Shown in pieces: positions 13,078 to 26,550 of a stretch of 64,000 bases of DNA (its first letter is position 1; each line of letters starts with the position of its first letter). The DNA is taken from positions 930,001 to 994,000 of the forward strand of contig JBLDXI010000011.1 of the NCBI GenBank assembly GCA_047495785.1, written 5' to 3'. Made by a program: the position numbers and the translations under genes. Under the pieces are notes generated by a model. The model had not been told where the DNA came from. It was given only the letters and a program-made list of their open reading frames with translations, and searched no databases. The stretch is from Lepidodermella squamata (taxonomy: Eukaryota; Animalia; Gastrotricha).

Positions 13078-15916
13078 AATCTTTTGAATCAATGATTACG
13101 AAATTAACGTATTGTACGCTCGATGAAGCAAGTTATTGAATGTTATGATAGTCTTTGAAACTTCGGTTCATTCTATTTATAGAGCGGCTCGCACGCGAGC
13201 CGGCTGGCAGAAAGCTTCGTAATTAAAACAACAGAATGACTACTTTGTTTTAAATGTTACCCAGGCATAATGTGCGCAAGAAGCCAAGCATTCTCTTGTT
13301 TTGAATGAAACAACGCTCGATTGACGATGAGGATGACAGATTTGGAAGATCTGAGGGTGAGCTGGCTACCTACTCTCATTCCTCCCACTCTAATGGAGAT
13401 GCGACACCATTAGATGTGGTGCCAAAGCCCTCTCGAGTTTATCTAATCCTTTTCACAGATGACACCGTCAATCGATCTGTGGATTTCCCCAACTCTCGAG
13501 CGAGACAACCATTGAGAGTCATGGCGGCCCACGTGTGCACCCTTAAGATGCCTCTGCGGATACAACCGTGTCGTCTGCTCAGGTCACGACGGAGCCACTA
13601 CACCAGTGAAGGCGTCATGCTTACCAAGAAATGAAGGGCCAAGAACTTATCGCTTCTATGGAATGCTCGATTCATAGTGTTATCTGATGCCACAGTTGTG
13701 CTGATTCCATCATTTCTGCAGATGTAGATGCGACGTTTCGACCTCACAGGCATTAAAACATCTTAGAATTCGAAAATCGATACGCAGATATTTAAATATA
13801 ATAAAGTCGCTTAAATAAAGTCGCTTAAAATTGAACCTCATTGGGCGCATATTCTACCAGGTAAACGTAAACCTTATTACGACACCGTTTCTACTGTACT
13901 CCTAGGATGGTACCGGGCTAGGCCGGGTTGTTGCCCTCAAAGCGGCTTCTTCAACTATCACCAACACACCGAAAAAGTCGAATAAGAACTCGAAAGTTTC
14001 GACTCTCTCGACTTTTGATGGACGAATTCAACGTTGAGTGGAAGAAACTCATTGACACTGATTCAGATTCCGAAGAACTTCTACCTCATATTTTTTTCAT
14101 TCATTATATCAGTTTTAGAAATTCCTCCCGCACCCACTGCGGGCTGCTGCTGAATGTGGCGCGCTATTTCCGTCCCGCAGCATTCAGAACAAATGCGGAA
14201 TATTATCCCGCAAAACTGCTGGACAGCATCCTGCGCCCATCCTACTTGTATGACAACTGAGCCAAGTCAATCCGCAAAACCACAATTGACAGAGACAATT
14301 CAGCAACCTTAATTTTCGAGCGAGCAATATCGACAACTCGACAAATGATGACTCGGCCACGAAATATGGCTTGTAGCTTGGGTGACAACTCAACAAACGA
14401 CAAGTCAGCAATACAACAACAACATGATTATTTTATTTTCTCATTATTTCGATATAATATGCCAGCCCGAGGGCGCCAAGCATTTACACAATTTTTAATT
14501 AACAATAAACATGAATGAGATATGGTTATACAGTGCTCCCTCGTTAGTGGCACCCTCCTTAAAAGAACTCCCTCGTTTGTAGACCGTAATTTTGGACCCT
14601 GCTAAATAAATTAGTTGTAAATTTTTAATTAAACAAATAATAATTTTTGGATAGATTAAAAAAATTAAGCGTGAAAATTTAAAATAATAAAGCGTTCCTA
14701 AAAACCTAGCGGAGCGTTGTCGTGGTTTTGAGAGATCCAGTTATTTCAAGTTTAGTTCAAACGAGTTGAAAGATCATCAGTGCATTAAGCTGTTCTTGTG
14801 GCTTAGAAATGGCTGTGATTATGCAACAGAATGTGTGGATTAGCTGCCACTCAAGTCGCGCTGCGAGTCTTCCTGCTTTTTGTTAAACTTTTCGATCAGA
14901 AATTACGCCAGTTTATCAGAGAAAACCAGCAATTCATTTCAATAACTATCAAAATGCCCGTCAACCTTCTATTTCATTGATTTGCAGATTTTTCCTCAGG
15001 TCAATTGCTGATCAACTTAAAGACCCATCTGAATTACCCTGATTTTTCAGTTTTTAGCCTTTTCCCGGCCATAAAATCTCTTGAAATTACGATACAATCG
15101 TTTTTTTAAGGAAACTGAAACTTCAGTTTTTCCCAATTTTGTTCCCAGCTGTGTTGCGTAATCATGAAGAATCACGTCCTTGTTTTAATATGTATTTTAA
15201 TTTCGATACATGGATTTATTCTCATAAAATTAGACTGATTTCATTCGTTCCAGTTGTCCTGAGTTATGAATTATTAGCCGGTTTTCGATAGTCGATAGGC
15301 CTGATCTAACATGAAACTGGCTGCCACTACTCTTGCTCAACGCCTTGGCAATTTTACGGGTTTTTCACAACTTTTAATCATTCGATTTTGACTTTGAAAA
15401 TCGCAACATCCCGAGTAGGGGCAGCGGGAGCTTCTGCCCCATTTTTGTACCTTGCTCTGATCTTAATAGGCCAGTCGAATGAAAACGAAATCACGCCTGA
15501 GAAGATACAAATTTATTCCATTCAATCTAAACACTCTCATGTTCCCTCTTGACGGAACCACACGTCTTATGCCTTGAAATCGGCCCGCGATTGCTCAATG
15601 CCATTTATTCGATGAAAAAATGATCGAAAATACATTTTACATCCTAATTGTTTCAAATTTCATATTATTTTTTAAATAATTCTACGAATTTTAGGCGAAG
15701 CATGAGTTTTGAATTGAACACTGCATTATCTTGAGAATGTTTGGCTGAACTTGCTGGTGATTTGTTCAGAAGTATTCTGGTCAATCTTGGCAAAGGTGAT
15801 GGATTTTTTAAGCTGTAATTTCAAATGAAATTTGTTATTTGTTTGCGAAATCGGACGAGCTGGGCATTTTGAAGTCAATTGAAATAATGAGATTCCAGGT
15901 TTTTTTATTCTGAGTT

Positions 15917-17513
15917 CATAGACAATGATGGTACAGATCGGACACTCACGCACTTCGCATTGAAACACTAATTATGCGTGGATCGGCCATTATAAATCCG
16001 GCCGAAAAGTCGTTGTTCTCCTAAATTCTTGAAAAAAATATCGAAAAATCGGGCATTTTTTTACGTTTATAATGATCCAAGTCCCGTAGTGCGGTTCGAT
16101 TTCGTTGCCGAGAAAATCAATATCGAAAAATCGATTACTCACACTCTGTATTGTTGTGTTGCGTCATCGCGTGCCATGCTCACTCAATAAAAATAAGCAT
16201 TCGAAAAATGTAAAGTTGTTGTGTGCATGTGTCATTAAAGTCAGCACTTCACAGGAAATTGTTAAGGACGATTTCTTGAAATCTATTTCCTACCCATTTT
16301 TATTGAGTTTCATTTGTTGCGACGATAGCAGCCAAAAGGTGAGTGATGATCCTCCTTAAATTGTGCTCATTTTTATTTTTTTTCCAAAATATTGAAACCG
16401 ATAAAAATATTTAGTATAGGCTGCAAAATTGTGAAAGAAATTTGAAGTAGGTTTTATTATAAATCTATGAAACAAAATCTCATTTATTGGAAAATAATTC
16501 GAAAATTGATTAAATTCAATTTAAAATTTAAAAATTGATTTTTCCATAATTTTTTTGAATTTTTCGATATTTTTTTATTCAGACCAAGGTTGATTTTGCC
16601 TCGATAATTGAGACTTGAATTATATGGAGATTTGTTCTTAACAACTTTATTTTCTTCTAGGTTGCTGAGCTTCATGATTTCACTGAATGGGACGAAATTG
16701 AAGCTGAAGACGAGTTACTGCAAAGAGGAATGGAGTACGAAGCAACGCTCCCCTAATTGGGGAAGAAATTATTGCCAACATTGGTGGATTTTGCGTCAAA
16801 AAACTTCTAACTGACAAGCTGAAATGCCCCGGCTGTATCGATTCCCTGACACGCGATTTCCTTCTGACTCCATGCCGTGTGATAAAGGGCTTCAGTTTCC
16901 GAAAACAAGACGGGAAATTATGGTAATAAACATTTTGCTTGGAATTCGCTATCCAAAAGTTGTACGATTTCAGTCTCACTCGCCCGTCATTGACGGTATA
17001 TCGAATCGTGAAATCAAGCTCAAAATGGGGCAGGTGGCTATGAAGCAACCGACGAAAAGCCGTAAAGCGGCTCAAAACCAAAACATGTGAATGAAAAATG
17101 AAAAACGCTTCAATTTTTTTCTATTTTGATATCTATCTACTATTTTTCGATCAACTTAAATTAAAGCTGAAAAATAGCAATAAAAATGGAGTATGCCACA
17201 GATGTTCGTTTTTCGTAACAATCAAATTTTGAGTGGCGCTAAAAAAAACTTGAAAATAGACTTAACAACTGACAAAAATCGCTACAATCTTTTTTCCTAA
17301 TTTAAAAATCATAGGGAAGGAACCGCACCTCGAAGTTTGCATCACTAGCATCCTTGAAAGATGAGGAATTTTTAGGTCCAAGTTTCAAAAAATTCCGAGG
17401 CCTACGACTATTTACACCTTTTAAATCAATGCATTCAATTTAGTGTGCAAATTTATGGTTTAACGTAAACAGGCAAGTGCGTGAGTGTCCGATCTGTTAC
17501 ATCATTGTCTATG
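15917..17513 (+). mobile_element. Internally deleted P-element-like transposon
   Basis: ~38-bp TIR starting CATAGACAATGATG; 8-bp TSD TCTGAGTT (15909-16, 17514-21); transposase C-terminal remnant inside. Confidence 0.8.
16661..17090 (+). pseudogene. P-element/THAP9-like transposase C-terminal remnant
   Basis: EEIIANIGGFCVKKLLTDKLKCPGCIDSL (from 16762), then in another frame DKGLQFPK; resembles the YIAGY..KL..KCxxC and GGLxxP motifs of P transposases. Confidence 0.6.
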
Positions 17514-18482
17514 TCTGAGTTCGTTAACCCCAGGCAGGACTTAAAATCAGAGTAAAAAAACAAGGCGAACCAGTCAAATCAAAACCGCCCTGGCAAATAA
17601 GAATAGAAATTTGGCGAGGAAGTTATGATTCATAGTGTTATTGTTTCACAGCCTTCAGCGAGCGAAATTTGTAATGACCCGTAATCGTAATCCGTGTCCG
17701 TCTCTTTCTGCGCGTTGGCATGGCAACTGTCTTAAGACGTAGAAACGGTCTATTTTTAGCTTCTGCATTCAATTACAGCCCTCGTTATAGCTTTCCCTTG
17801 TTAAAAGACCGGGTCTGGCTCCCGACCCAGTGCTTTTATCGAGGGAGCACTGTATTTCGTTCTGTATATTTAGTTCTAAAATCTTTTTCGTTCTAAAAGA
17901 AAGAGCTATTTTTTCTGCCTGCTTTAGTCAGCAGCGAAATTTAGCAGCAGAGAACTGAGAAAACTATCAGTGTTATAGAGTTTCCGCTTTGTAACAAAGT
18001 TGTTATGGACCGCCGCAATCGATTGATACCAAATTCGCCCATATAACACTCACCTCTCACCTGTCGCTCCCCTGCGAAATTTCGCTGCTGAATTCACGTT
18101 TCAGGGTGTCCACAACGTGTTTTTCTTAGCAGCTGTGCTTGACATGCACTATTCGAGTGCCCTGATCAGCGTTATGGGTGTTTTCGACGCCGGCGAGTTT
18201 GATTTTGACTTCACATTTTTGATCTGAGTCATCCCTGACCTAGTTTCAGACAATTATCTGTTGATGATCTCGGAATTTCGCGTAAAACTCACCTTGACGA
18301 TTCAGCTAAGCTCAATTTAGGTGTTATGGCCGTCGGAAAATCTTAAGCTACCGTAATCGACCCTGCTGAACATTGTTATGACATTTACAATTGCTGAACA
18401 TTTGTATGGCATAAGATTCATTATGCAACTATTCCCGACATATTCATAGACTCTGTAAAATATTTAAGCCATAACCCTCTTG

Positions 18483-20890
18483 TAGAGATGCCGCGGTTAA
18501 AATTAAATGCTCGGCCCGAACCGGCGGGCCGGGCCGCCAAAATCCAAACGAGGCCCGGGTTAACCCGGGTTTGACCGCGGTTAACCGAATTAACCGTTAT
18601 GTATTTGAAAATTCTGAAAAATCGATCAAAAATCGATAATTCGGTATACAGGATAAACAAATGGATTGAAAATTCGGAATCAGCATAAAAAATTACCCTA
18701 GAACCGACTTGCAATTTGTCAGAGAGCGAATGGTAGGGGATGAAAACCATGGTATCTTGTTTTACTTCCGGTTTTCACTTCCGGTATCCTTTCCAATTTC
18801 TTTAAAACCTAATTTTATAAACCAAGATGAAGGAAAGCGGCTTCTTTTCCTTAGAAATCCCCCCTAAAACCCCCGAAGGGGTAAAACTTTGACGCAGATC
18901 ACGCTCGTGAAAGCAGAATTTCAATATCACACACCGTTTTCGAGATAGTAATTAGGTTTATTGCCATAATTGCTGTAATAAAATGATAAAGGTTTCATCA
19001 GTAAATATTTTTCAAAATAACATTATCTAGGGTAGATTTTTGCGCTGATTTCAAATCTGAACTCAGAATTAATCTATATTCCAAGGGCTATTTTCTATGA
19101 TTTATTTTCTAAATCAGAATATTAGTTGTTTTTTTCGGAAAAAATAAATAATTTCCATTTGGGTGAGGTAAAATCTGTCGCCCAAAAAGGTAAAAGTTCG
19201 CCCCATTTGTGTCGCCCAAAAATAAATAAAGTCGCCCTCATTGCGTGATCGCCGCACTAATCCATCTTAATCCGCCCCTTAAGGCGAAAGGCCGCACCTG
19301 ACTGATAATCAGTCGCCTTGAAATATAAAACGTCGCCCCGTTAGAATATGAAATACGAAAATGTGATGATGATGCCTATTAGCCGCATCTCTATTCCTTT
19401 ATTTGGTATCAATATTACATCGGCTGAACCGGTATATGAACCAAAATAGCTACCACATTAGGATATATGATTACCGCGGACGATAGCGATAGGAATATCG
19501 CGCGGACGATTTTTGGGAAAATTTGGCAATCTGAGCAGTAAAGCAATAGCCGTAAAAGCAATAGCCACTAATGCTTGAGCAGGGACATATTAGGACATAA
19601 GACACTTACCAATCGTCCACCGGCCAGGTTTTGCTTGGAGGTTTTGGGACGGATTTATGTTCTAGGCATGCTTATTACAGGCCGAACAAATTACGACGTG
19701 GAAGCGTTGGTTGCGTCTCTCTTCAAGCATTTTATTACCACTGAAAGTTCACACACCCGCTGCGCCCCTCGCATGCCTGTCGAAGGTGTTGCAAGCTCGC
19801 CGCGTTAAAGCGACTTGCCGGGGATCAAGGGATTATCTGCGTACGAGTGTTTACACGCCGGATAAGCTACATGTGAAGGACTCGATGTCCGGTCACTAAA
19901 ATGGGCCGCTTTGACCACTACGCGCAACATGCAGTTACTACCTGTAATAAATAGGAACTAACTGTGCTGTTCAGTTTTGCTGTCAAAAAGTTTGCGATAT
20001 GGCTATTAAAGAGCTAAGACCTATTGCGAACAGCGATCGCTATTAGATCGCTCAAAGGTAGCGCTAACCTATAACGTGTAGTTTTATTAGGTAGACCGTG
20101 CTATGTATCGCCCATCGGGCTGCTATCCTCATCCGAAGGTCTTATTCGAACTGCTTATATCAGTGCTCCGCAAACTTTTTTCACTATCGGCATTTTTGGC
20201 GGCCGGAAAGCCTAAGCTCCAGCCACAATTTTGGCTGAAAATGGTGCAAAACAGGCTGAGTTTCGGGTTATGATCGTGCGAAACAAGGCATCCGGCCGCA
20301 TTCCAGCAATCCTTTGAGAAAATCCTACCGGCCGCCGATGGGCCGCCATGATCAGCCCAGCCGGCCGCACGTGGTCGGAAAAAAACCGAGTTTGCGGAGC
20401 ACTGATTTAAATAAAAAATTAGCTGCCCAAGTTGGACAAATGAAATTGGGCGGTGGTTTAACCTGTCAGGGCGACTTTGTTTACTTTAGGGCGCACCTCT
20501 TCAAAACGAGGGCGCGCGTATTTAAAACGAGGGCGCGCTATTATTGAATGGGGGCTGAGATTAAACGAGGGCGGACTTTTACCTTTTGGGGCGGCAGATT
20601 TTATTTTACCGTTTCCATTTGTTAAGTGATTTCCTTAAAGAACAATAAGTAATCTTTCTGTCATAATGCTACTCATCCATTAATATCAATTTACATTGAG
20701 TATAGTATAGAATGCACACGGTGATGACCCTAGAAGCCAGAAGATTCATAATTCAAATATATAAAGCATAATTCCCGGTTTTTTCGGTTAACCGCCGGGT
20801 TCGACCACGACGGCCCGGCCCGCCGCGGGTTTAACCGGCCCGGTGGTTAACCGCGGGCCTCCGGTTAAATTTTTAACCGCGGCATCTCTA
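18483..20890. mobile_element. Non-autonomous hAT-like element
   Basis: TIR TAGAGATGCCGCGGTTAAAATT, 8-bp TSD CCCTCTTG (18475-82, 20891-98), GGTTAACC subterminal repeats. Confidence 0.9.
19161..20611 (+). mobile_element. Non-autonomous Mutator-like element, copy 1 (carries an old hAT MITE at 20161-20404)
   Basis: Long imperfect TIRs, 9-bp TSD TTTCCATTT (19152-60, 20612-20); second copy at 45389-46800. Confidence 0.85.
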
Positions 20891-21087
20891 CCCTCTTGCT
20901 CTCCGGAACGTCTGCTTAGCGTGCTGCAACATAATGTTTGCACTTCAGTCCCACCTTTAGGATAAGGGTCCATTTGAGTCCATTCGAGACGAATGGATGG
21001 TATTATTCAATAATTTGACGCCTCGATATGCATAACTTAGTTTACGCCGGGTCACCTTAGTTAGGGTCACCGGGTCTGGGGCAACAT

Positions 21088-21286
21088 CGTTAGCGACGCG
21101 CCAAAACAACCACTTTACTATTTATAGCTTTTTTATGGAAAGTACGTTCGACTCTTGAACGTAAATTCAAATTACGATGAGTACGATCAATGCTCAAAAA
21201 GCCGAACGTACTCCTTCTTTACGTTCGGCTCGTCAAAGTACGATCGAATGAGTCATCAAAGTGGTTGTTTTGGCGCGTCGCTAACG
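21088..21286. mobile_element. 199-bp MITE flanked by ACAT
   Basis: TIR CGTTAGCGACGCGCCAAAACAACCACTTT; ACAT directly on both sides. Confidence 0.8.
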
Positions 21287-22372
21287 ACATGAACGAATTC
21301 GAACTTCACTCGCTGCAGGTGCATACCTAGATATGCTTATTGCCAGTAAAAAGATAAAAGATAAAAATGCTTTTATTTTTTGTTTTTTTTTTCGTTTATA
21401 TTTTCCAATATGATGTGTGATTAAAATGAAAAAGAACCACCGAGGTCCTATGACTATTACAAATGTACCAGTGGTTCTCAAACTATTTTTCGCTCCCTGT
21501 CAAAAATGGCGGCCGGCTGGCGACCTTTCCGGCCGCATTGCGTCTTGAACCCTCAACCGGCCGCTTGAAATAATAAAATAGGACCTACCCGGCCGCACGC
21601 TTCAATAATCGGGAGTTTTCGAGTGCGCTTTTAATCGGATTGGTTATTAAATTAGGGTTTGAGCAGTTGCTCTTGACTGAATGTATGCGCGACCCCAGAA
21701 TGGTCATTTAACTACGCACCACTCTCAAAAAGTCAAAAAGTGCCTCCAAACTCTAAACCCGTGCGTTAATTAACCGCGCGAGCGAAGCGAGCTCTAAGCT
21801 AAAAATGCGTTCGAAGTGGGCTATGGGTGTTTCTCGCCGCGACTCTCCCGATCCCACGACTCCAATACCATCCGCGACTCTTTTCAAGATTGCCCGCGAT
21901 AGCTGAGATGGGCTAGGCCGTAATCGATTCGTGCAGTAGACACTTCGATGGGGAGTCTAGAGCTGCGTAATAGGTGCTAAAGACTTGAGACTAAAATGTA
22001 TGGACTCGACACTCGCGCGTTTTCCCCGGCGAACGCGCACCGCGCACCGATTACGCCGACGGGCGAGTGAGTGGCAGATGAGTGCGCGCGCACCACGCGC
22101 TCGCCTGGGCGCCCCTGTTTTACTGTGTGTTTACAGCGCTAGCACCCGGGCGACAGTCCGGTAATTATTGGTCCTTTGTTCCGAGGGAAAACTTCGCGAT
22201 GGTAAGTGATACTTTAATGCGGTAAAAAGCCTTTTAAAGAGCGAGACTGAAACTAATGTATAGAATTGACGCCGCTTTGCGGTATTTCACCGTCTATGGC
22301 CAGCAGATCGCCAAAGAGCGGACCCGGTTACGCTCACGCCTTCTGGGTTGTAGACTCATGGCACCGTGAAAA

Positions 22373-23153
22373 GCACATTTTCCGGCCCGCCGGTGTTTCC
22401 TCCGCGCGCGCGCTCCTATTGGTTGGCTCGTTTTACGCGTAAATACGCCTCGCTCGCATTTATTGCGCAACAAATAATTGCAGCCCTCCCTCGCGCGCGC
22501 GCGCAGGAAAATGCACAAGTCCGAAATTCAGGAGAATAACGGCGCGCTAGGGGTTGGATATGCGTGGTGGGTGGAATAAAAGGCGAAATGTTCGTATTTT
22601 CACTTTTTTCATTGGTATTTCAAGTTCATTTTAAATTTGGACAGAATTTTCCCTGAAGTGTTCAACATCACCCTAAAATAGCCTAAAATAGCGCGCCTAA
22701 AATGGCTATTTCCAGTTTATTTTTTTTTATTTTTAATTTTTCATAAAAAAAGCGTGGTCTTCGAAAAAAATCCATCGCATCCTTTCTCTTAAATCCACTT
22801 GTTAAATTCTTATGGCCGGTGTTTTTGGATACGAACAGATAAGTCATCAAATAAAGACGTGTAGGCCGCCACGATGCAGTCAATTTTGTATTAACAATAC
22901 CAAACATCCTTTTCAAGAGAGGGCTTATCTTTTTGTTGGAAAGCATGCAGCATGCTTGTCTTCGATTTAGCAAACTGTCTTAGACTTAGCGCGCGAGCGC
23001 TCAGGGCCTTGGAGGATCTTTCCTCCAAGCTCAGGGCGCGTTCGAGTGCGCGCGCGCGGGGGTAGGCTATAATTATCTTGAAATGTTGCGCAATAAGCCC
23101 CAACCAATAGGAGCGCGCGCGCGGAGGAAACACCGGCGGGCCGGAAAATGTGC
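22373..23153. mobile_element. GCAC-family MITE with CG-rich TIRs
   Basis: TIR of >50 bp starting GCACATTTTTCCGGCCCGCCGG; related pieces at 1835-1877, 5730-5897 and 24703-25306. Confidence 0.75.
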
Positions 23154-23584
23154 ACATTTCCGGGCCCGCCTATGTTTCGTCCGCGCGCGCACTCCCATTG
23201 GCTGGCTTGCGTGCAGGCCTGTTGCGCAATGCCTGCGCGCGCGCATAAGTATAAGCCATAGTACGTTCGTGTCGCGGAAGAACCAGCACTTTGCCTATTT
23301 TTTTGTTCAGCAGTACTGAAAAGTACAGTCCATGGCTCTGTAAAACAGCAGTACTGCTCAAACAGACAGTAAAATCAAGTACGGCCCGCGCCCTGTACTC
23401 GCTGTACAGCTGAAATTAGCTGTAAACCACAGTACAACACGCCTGACCGTGCTGCTGAGTACTGTAGAGATCGGGCTGTACACATGCGTACGGCTCAATT
23501 ACTGTACTTATAGTACAGGAGAGATACTGTACTTGAAGTACAGGAGAGAAGATACTGTACCTGCGAAATTAAATTCAATACATA

Positions 23585-24159
23585 CAGTAGTTTTGCGTTA
23601 AGCCGGACGACAATAAGCCGGACTTGCGTTAATACGGACAAAATCGGCTGGCTCGTGCCGCGGACAAGCGTTTTACATACTAATAGTTGCAATAAGCCGG
23701 ACGACATTAAGCCGGACATGCGTTAAAACGGACAGATTTTTAGTGAATTTAACATCAAAATGTCCGGCTTATAGTAGAATTTTCTGGAAAAAAACCCGCC
23801 AAAAAATAAAAGGTACCAGCTGCGAGCCGAATGAGCTATGCACCAGGTAGAAATGTCACCGCTGGTTTACTTGTGCTATTTGCTAGCAGTTTTTTATTTG
23901 AAAATCTTTTTGAAAAGTTGAGAAATTATAAAAAAAACCGCCATGCCTAAGCCCGCGTTATCGCCCACCTTGTCGGCATCTGAAGAGAGTAGCGACCCTG
24001 ACTATAAGGAGACTATGAGGCGGATACTTGTAAAAAAATATTAAATAATTGAAGCTTTTTTCTAAACCGGACATGTCCGGCTTACAATAAGCCGGACTTT
24101 CATTAAGCCGGACAAAATCGTCTGGCGCGGGTCGTGTCCGGCTTAACGCAAAACTACTG
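23585..24159. mobile_element. Tc1/mariner-type MITE
   Basis: TA|CAGTAGTTTTGCGTTAAGCCGGAC ... GTCCGGCTTAACGCAAAACTACTG|TA; internal TAAGCCGGAC repeats. Confidence 0.9.
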
Positions 24160-24702
24160 TATTTTGAAAATGGTTGGCTGAAAATTCAAAATGATCCTCT
24201 CCTAACTTCGCTTTTTATCCCTCTATTGAGCTATAACTCATATTCTCAGGCCCAGCCCAAGCTTTTACTTTTACGATTTTTCGGTAAAAAAGGGTTTCAA
24301 ACCCTCCTAACAATAACTGTTTGTGTACATTTTATTTTCGTCAGCTGCATTTCTTTCTCATTTTCACATTCTTATTTGGCTTAAATAAGGGCCCTTTATT
24401 TACGCCACGTCTCTAATTCTCAAAAAATAAATAAAACTACGACATGCTAAAAAACTGACAGAATTAAGTGATGCATATCTCAACATTACCAGTAATTTCG
24501 GCCATACATGAGAAAGAAATGCGGAGCGAGAAATTTTATGAAAATGTACCCTGAAGGAGGGTCTGAAATCTCATGAAAACGGCAAGGCAATGAGAAAAAT
24601 GAGATAATGCGGAGCACTGCTCTAAAACATATGGTTTCTATAACAGTTACTATTAGGGTCGATAGTCGAACCTTGAATTAGTCAGCGTTGCAAATCCCCA
24701 AT

Positions 24703-25306
24703 AGTTTGCTAAATCGAAGACAAGCATGCTGCATGCTTTCCAACAAAAAGATAAGCCCTCTCTTGAAAAGGATGTTTGGTATTGTTAATACAAAATTGAC
24801 TGCATCGTGGCGGCCTACACGTCTTTATTTGATGACTTATCTGTTCGTATCCAAAAACACCGGCCATAAGAATTTAACAAGTGGATTTAAGAGAAAGGAT
24901 GCGATGGATTTTTTTCGAAGACCACGCTTTTTTTATGAAAAATTAAAAATAAAAAAAAATAAACTGGAAATAGCCATTTTAGGCGCGCTATTTTAGGCTA
25001 TTTTAGGGTGATGTTGAACACTTCAGGGAAAATTCTGTCCAAATTTAAAATGAACTTGAAATACCAATGAAAAAAGTGAAAATACGAACATTTCGCCTTT
25101 TATTCCACCCACCACGCATATCCAACCCCTAGCGCGCCGTTATTCTCCTGAATTTCGGACTTGTGCATTTTCCTGCGCGCGCGCGCGAGGGAGGGCTGCA
25201 ATTATTTGTTGCGCAATAAATGCGAGCGAGGCGTATTTACGCGTAAAACGAGCCAACCAATAGGAGCGCGCGCGCGGAGGAAACACCGGCGGGCCGGAAA
25301 ATGTGC
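24703..25306 (-). repeat. Near-identical truncated inverted copy of 22373-22977
   Basis: ~600-bp reverse-complement match; identical mirrored ORF translations in the track. Confidence 0.9.
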
Positions 25307-26550
25307 GACAATCAAGCGAAAAGGGCACGAGCTCAGGGCGAAGAGCCGCTCAAGAAGATAAATGGTGTTGCTGAAAGCGAGCGGAAGGCAGCGGTAGTAC
25401 AGCGTCCAACTCGCCCAACTCTTAACCAGATTGAAGTTGTCCGCGATATGTGTAGCGTTTAGCGTTCCTGGAAATCAGCCTGCGTGTGCGCGTTCTGCCC
25501 TATTTTCCCAGTCTCAAAACACAACTCTTGAGCTGGTGAAATTGATCAGCGGCACCGGAAAGATTATTAACTCATCAGCGCGCAATGACTGGCTCTTTAG
25601 TCGCCGCGCGCGGTCAAGTGGGTGTAGCGGTTTTTCTCCCTACACCCGTGTTTTTATTACCGTCCTATCAAATGTATTGGGTGTACGTAGCAAAATGGGC
25701 GCACCCAGATGTGGGTGCACGCAGCCATTTTCGCGCACCTTCCGGGTGTAACTAGCTATAATCCTGCACCCTCGGGTGTAGCGAGCAAATTCTATGCACC
25801 CAGCGCGCGGGTGCAGCTAGCGACGACCTTAGTAAAAACTGGTTAAAACCACGGTTTTAATTGAGTTAAAACCAAAAGTTGGTTAATTCCGAATTTAATT
25901 TTGGTCAATATACCACACTGAAATTCAAATTGCGATGAGTACGATCAGCGCTCAAAAAGCCGAACGTACTCCTTCTTCACGTTCCTTCAAAGTACGATCG
26001 AATGAGTCATCCAAGTGGTTGTTTTGGCGCGTCGCTAACTACATAGCTTCTGCTATTGTTATTCTTATGGTGCATTCACAAATGCGTCCGACGGTGAAAA
26101 CTTCGGCTAGCAACTCGCAAACTTCGGTAGAGTGAAGCGAAACATCGGAGAGCGTTATCTGTGGCACTTCGGACGCGCGCGCGGTCGGGCGCCCGAAGTC
26201 TCTATTGTTTACTCGAAGCTGCTGGGTGTCACGCACTTGAGCGCGCGTGCATGCGAGTGGCAGGGGCCAGGCAAATAAAATTCTATTTCAGCGTAAATGC
26301 TGAATTCAACTAAATAATGAGACGTGAAATGCGATGCTGATCATAAAAATCTAAATTTCATCGAAAAATTATGTGATTGATTGTCACCAGGTGATCAGTG
26401 TTTCCACGTGGCCGGTGGACGGCACCCAACGTTATCGAAATCGATGAGGCCTAGTTTCTCGCCCTAACTGCGCCTGTGATAACGCCGACAGTTGACGCCG
26501 AAAAAAACCAAGAAATCGAAACCGCCAATTGTAAACAACAAAGTCATCAA

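Larger units (their letters stand above)
14531..17852. mobile_element. Degenerate Tc1/mariner-pogo type DNA transposon containing a nested P-like element
   Basis: TA|CAGTGCTCCCTCG ... CGAGGGAGCACTG|TA. Confidence 0.7.

Noticed and set aside
13928-14260. Possible LTR-retrotransposon integrase remnant (EELLPHIFF..RNS)
   Set aside because: Similarity too weak and no LTRs or other pol motifs seen.
22683-23361. Arg/Ala-rich ORFs in the track
   Set aside because: Translations of CG-dinucleotide-rich MITE TIRs, not proteins.
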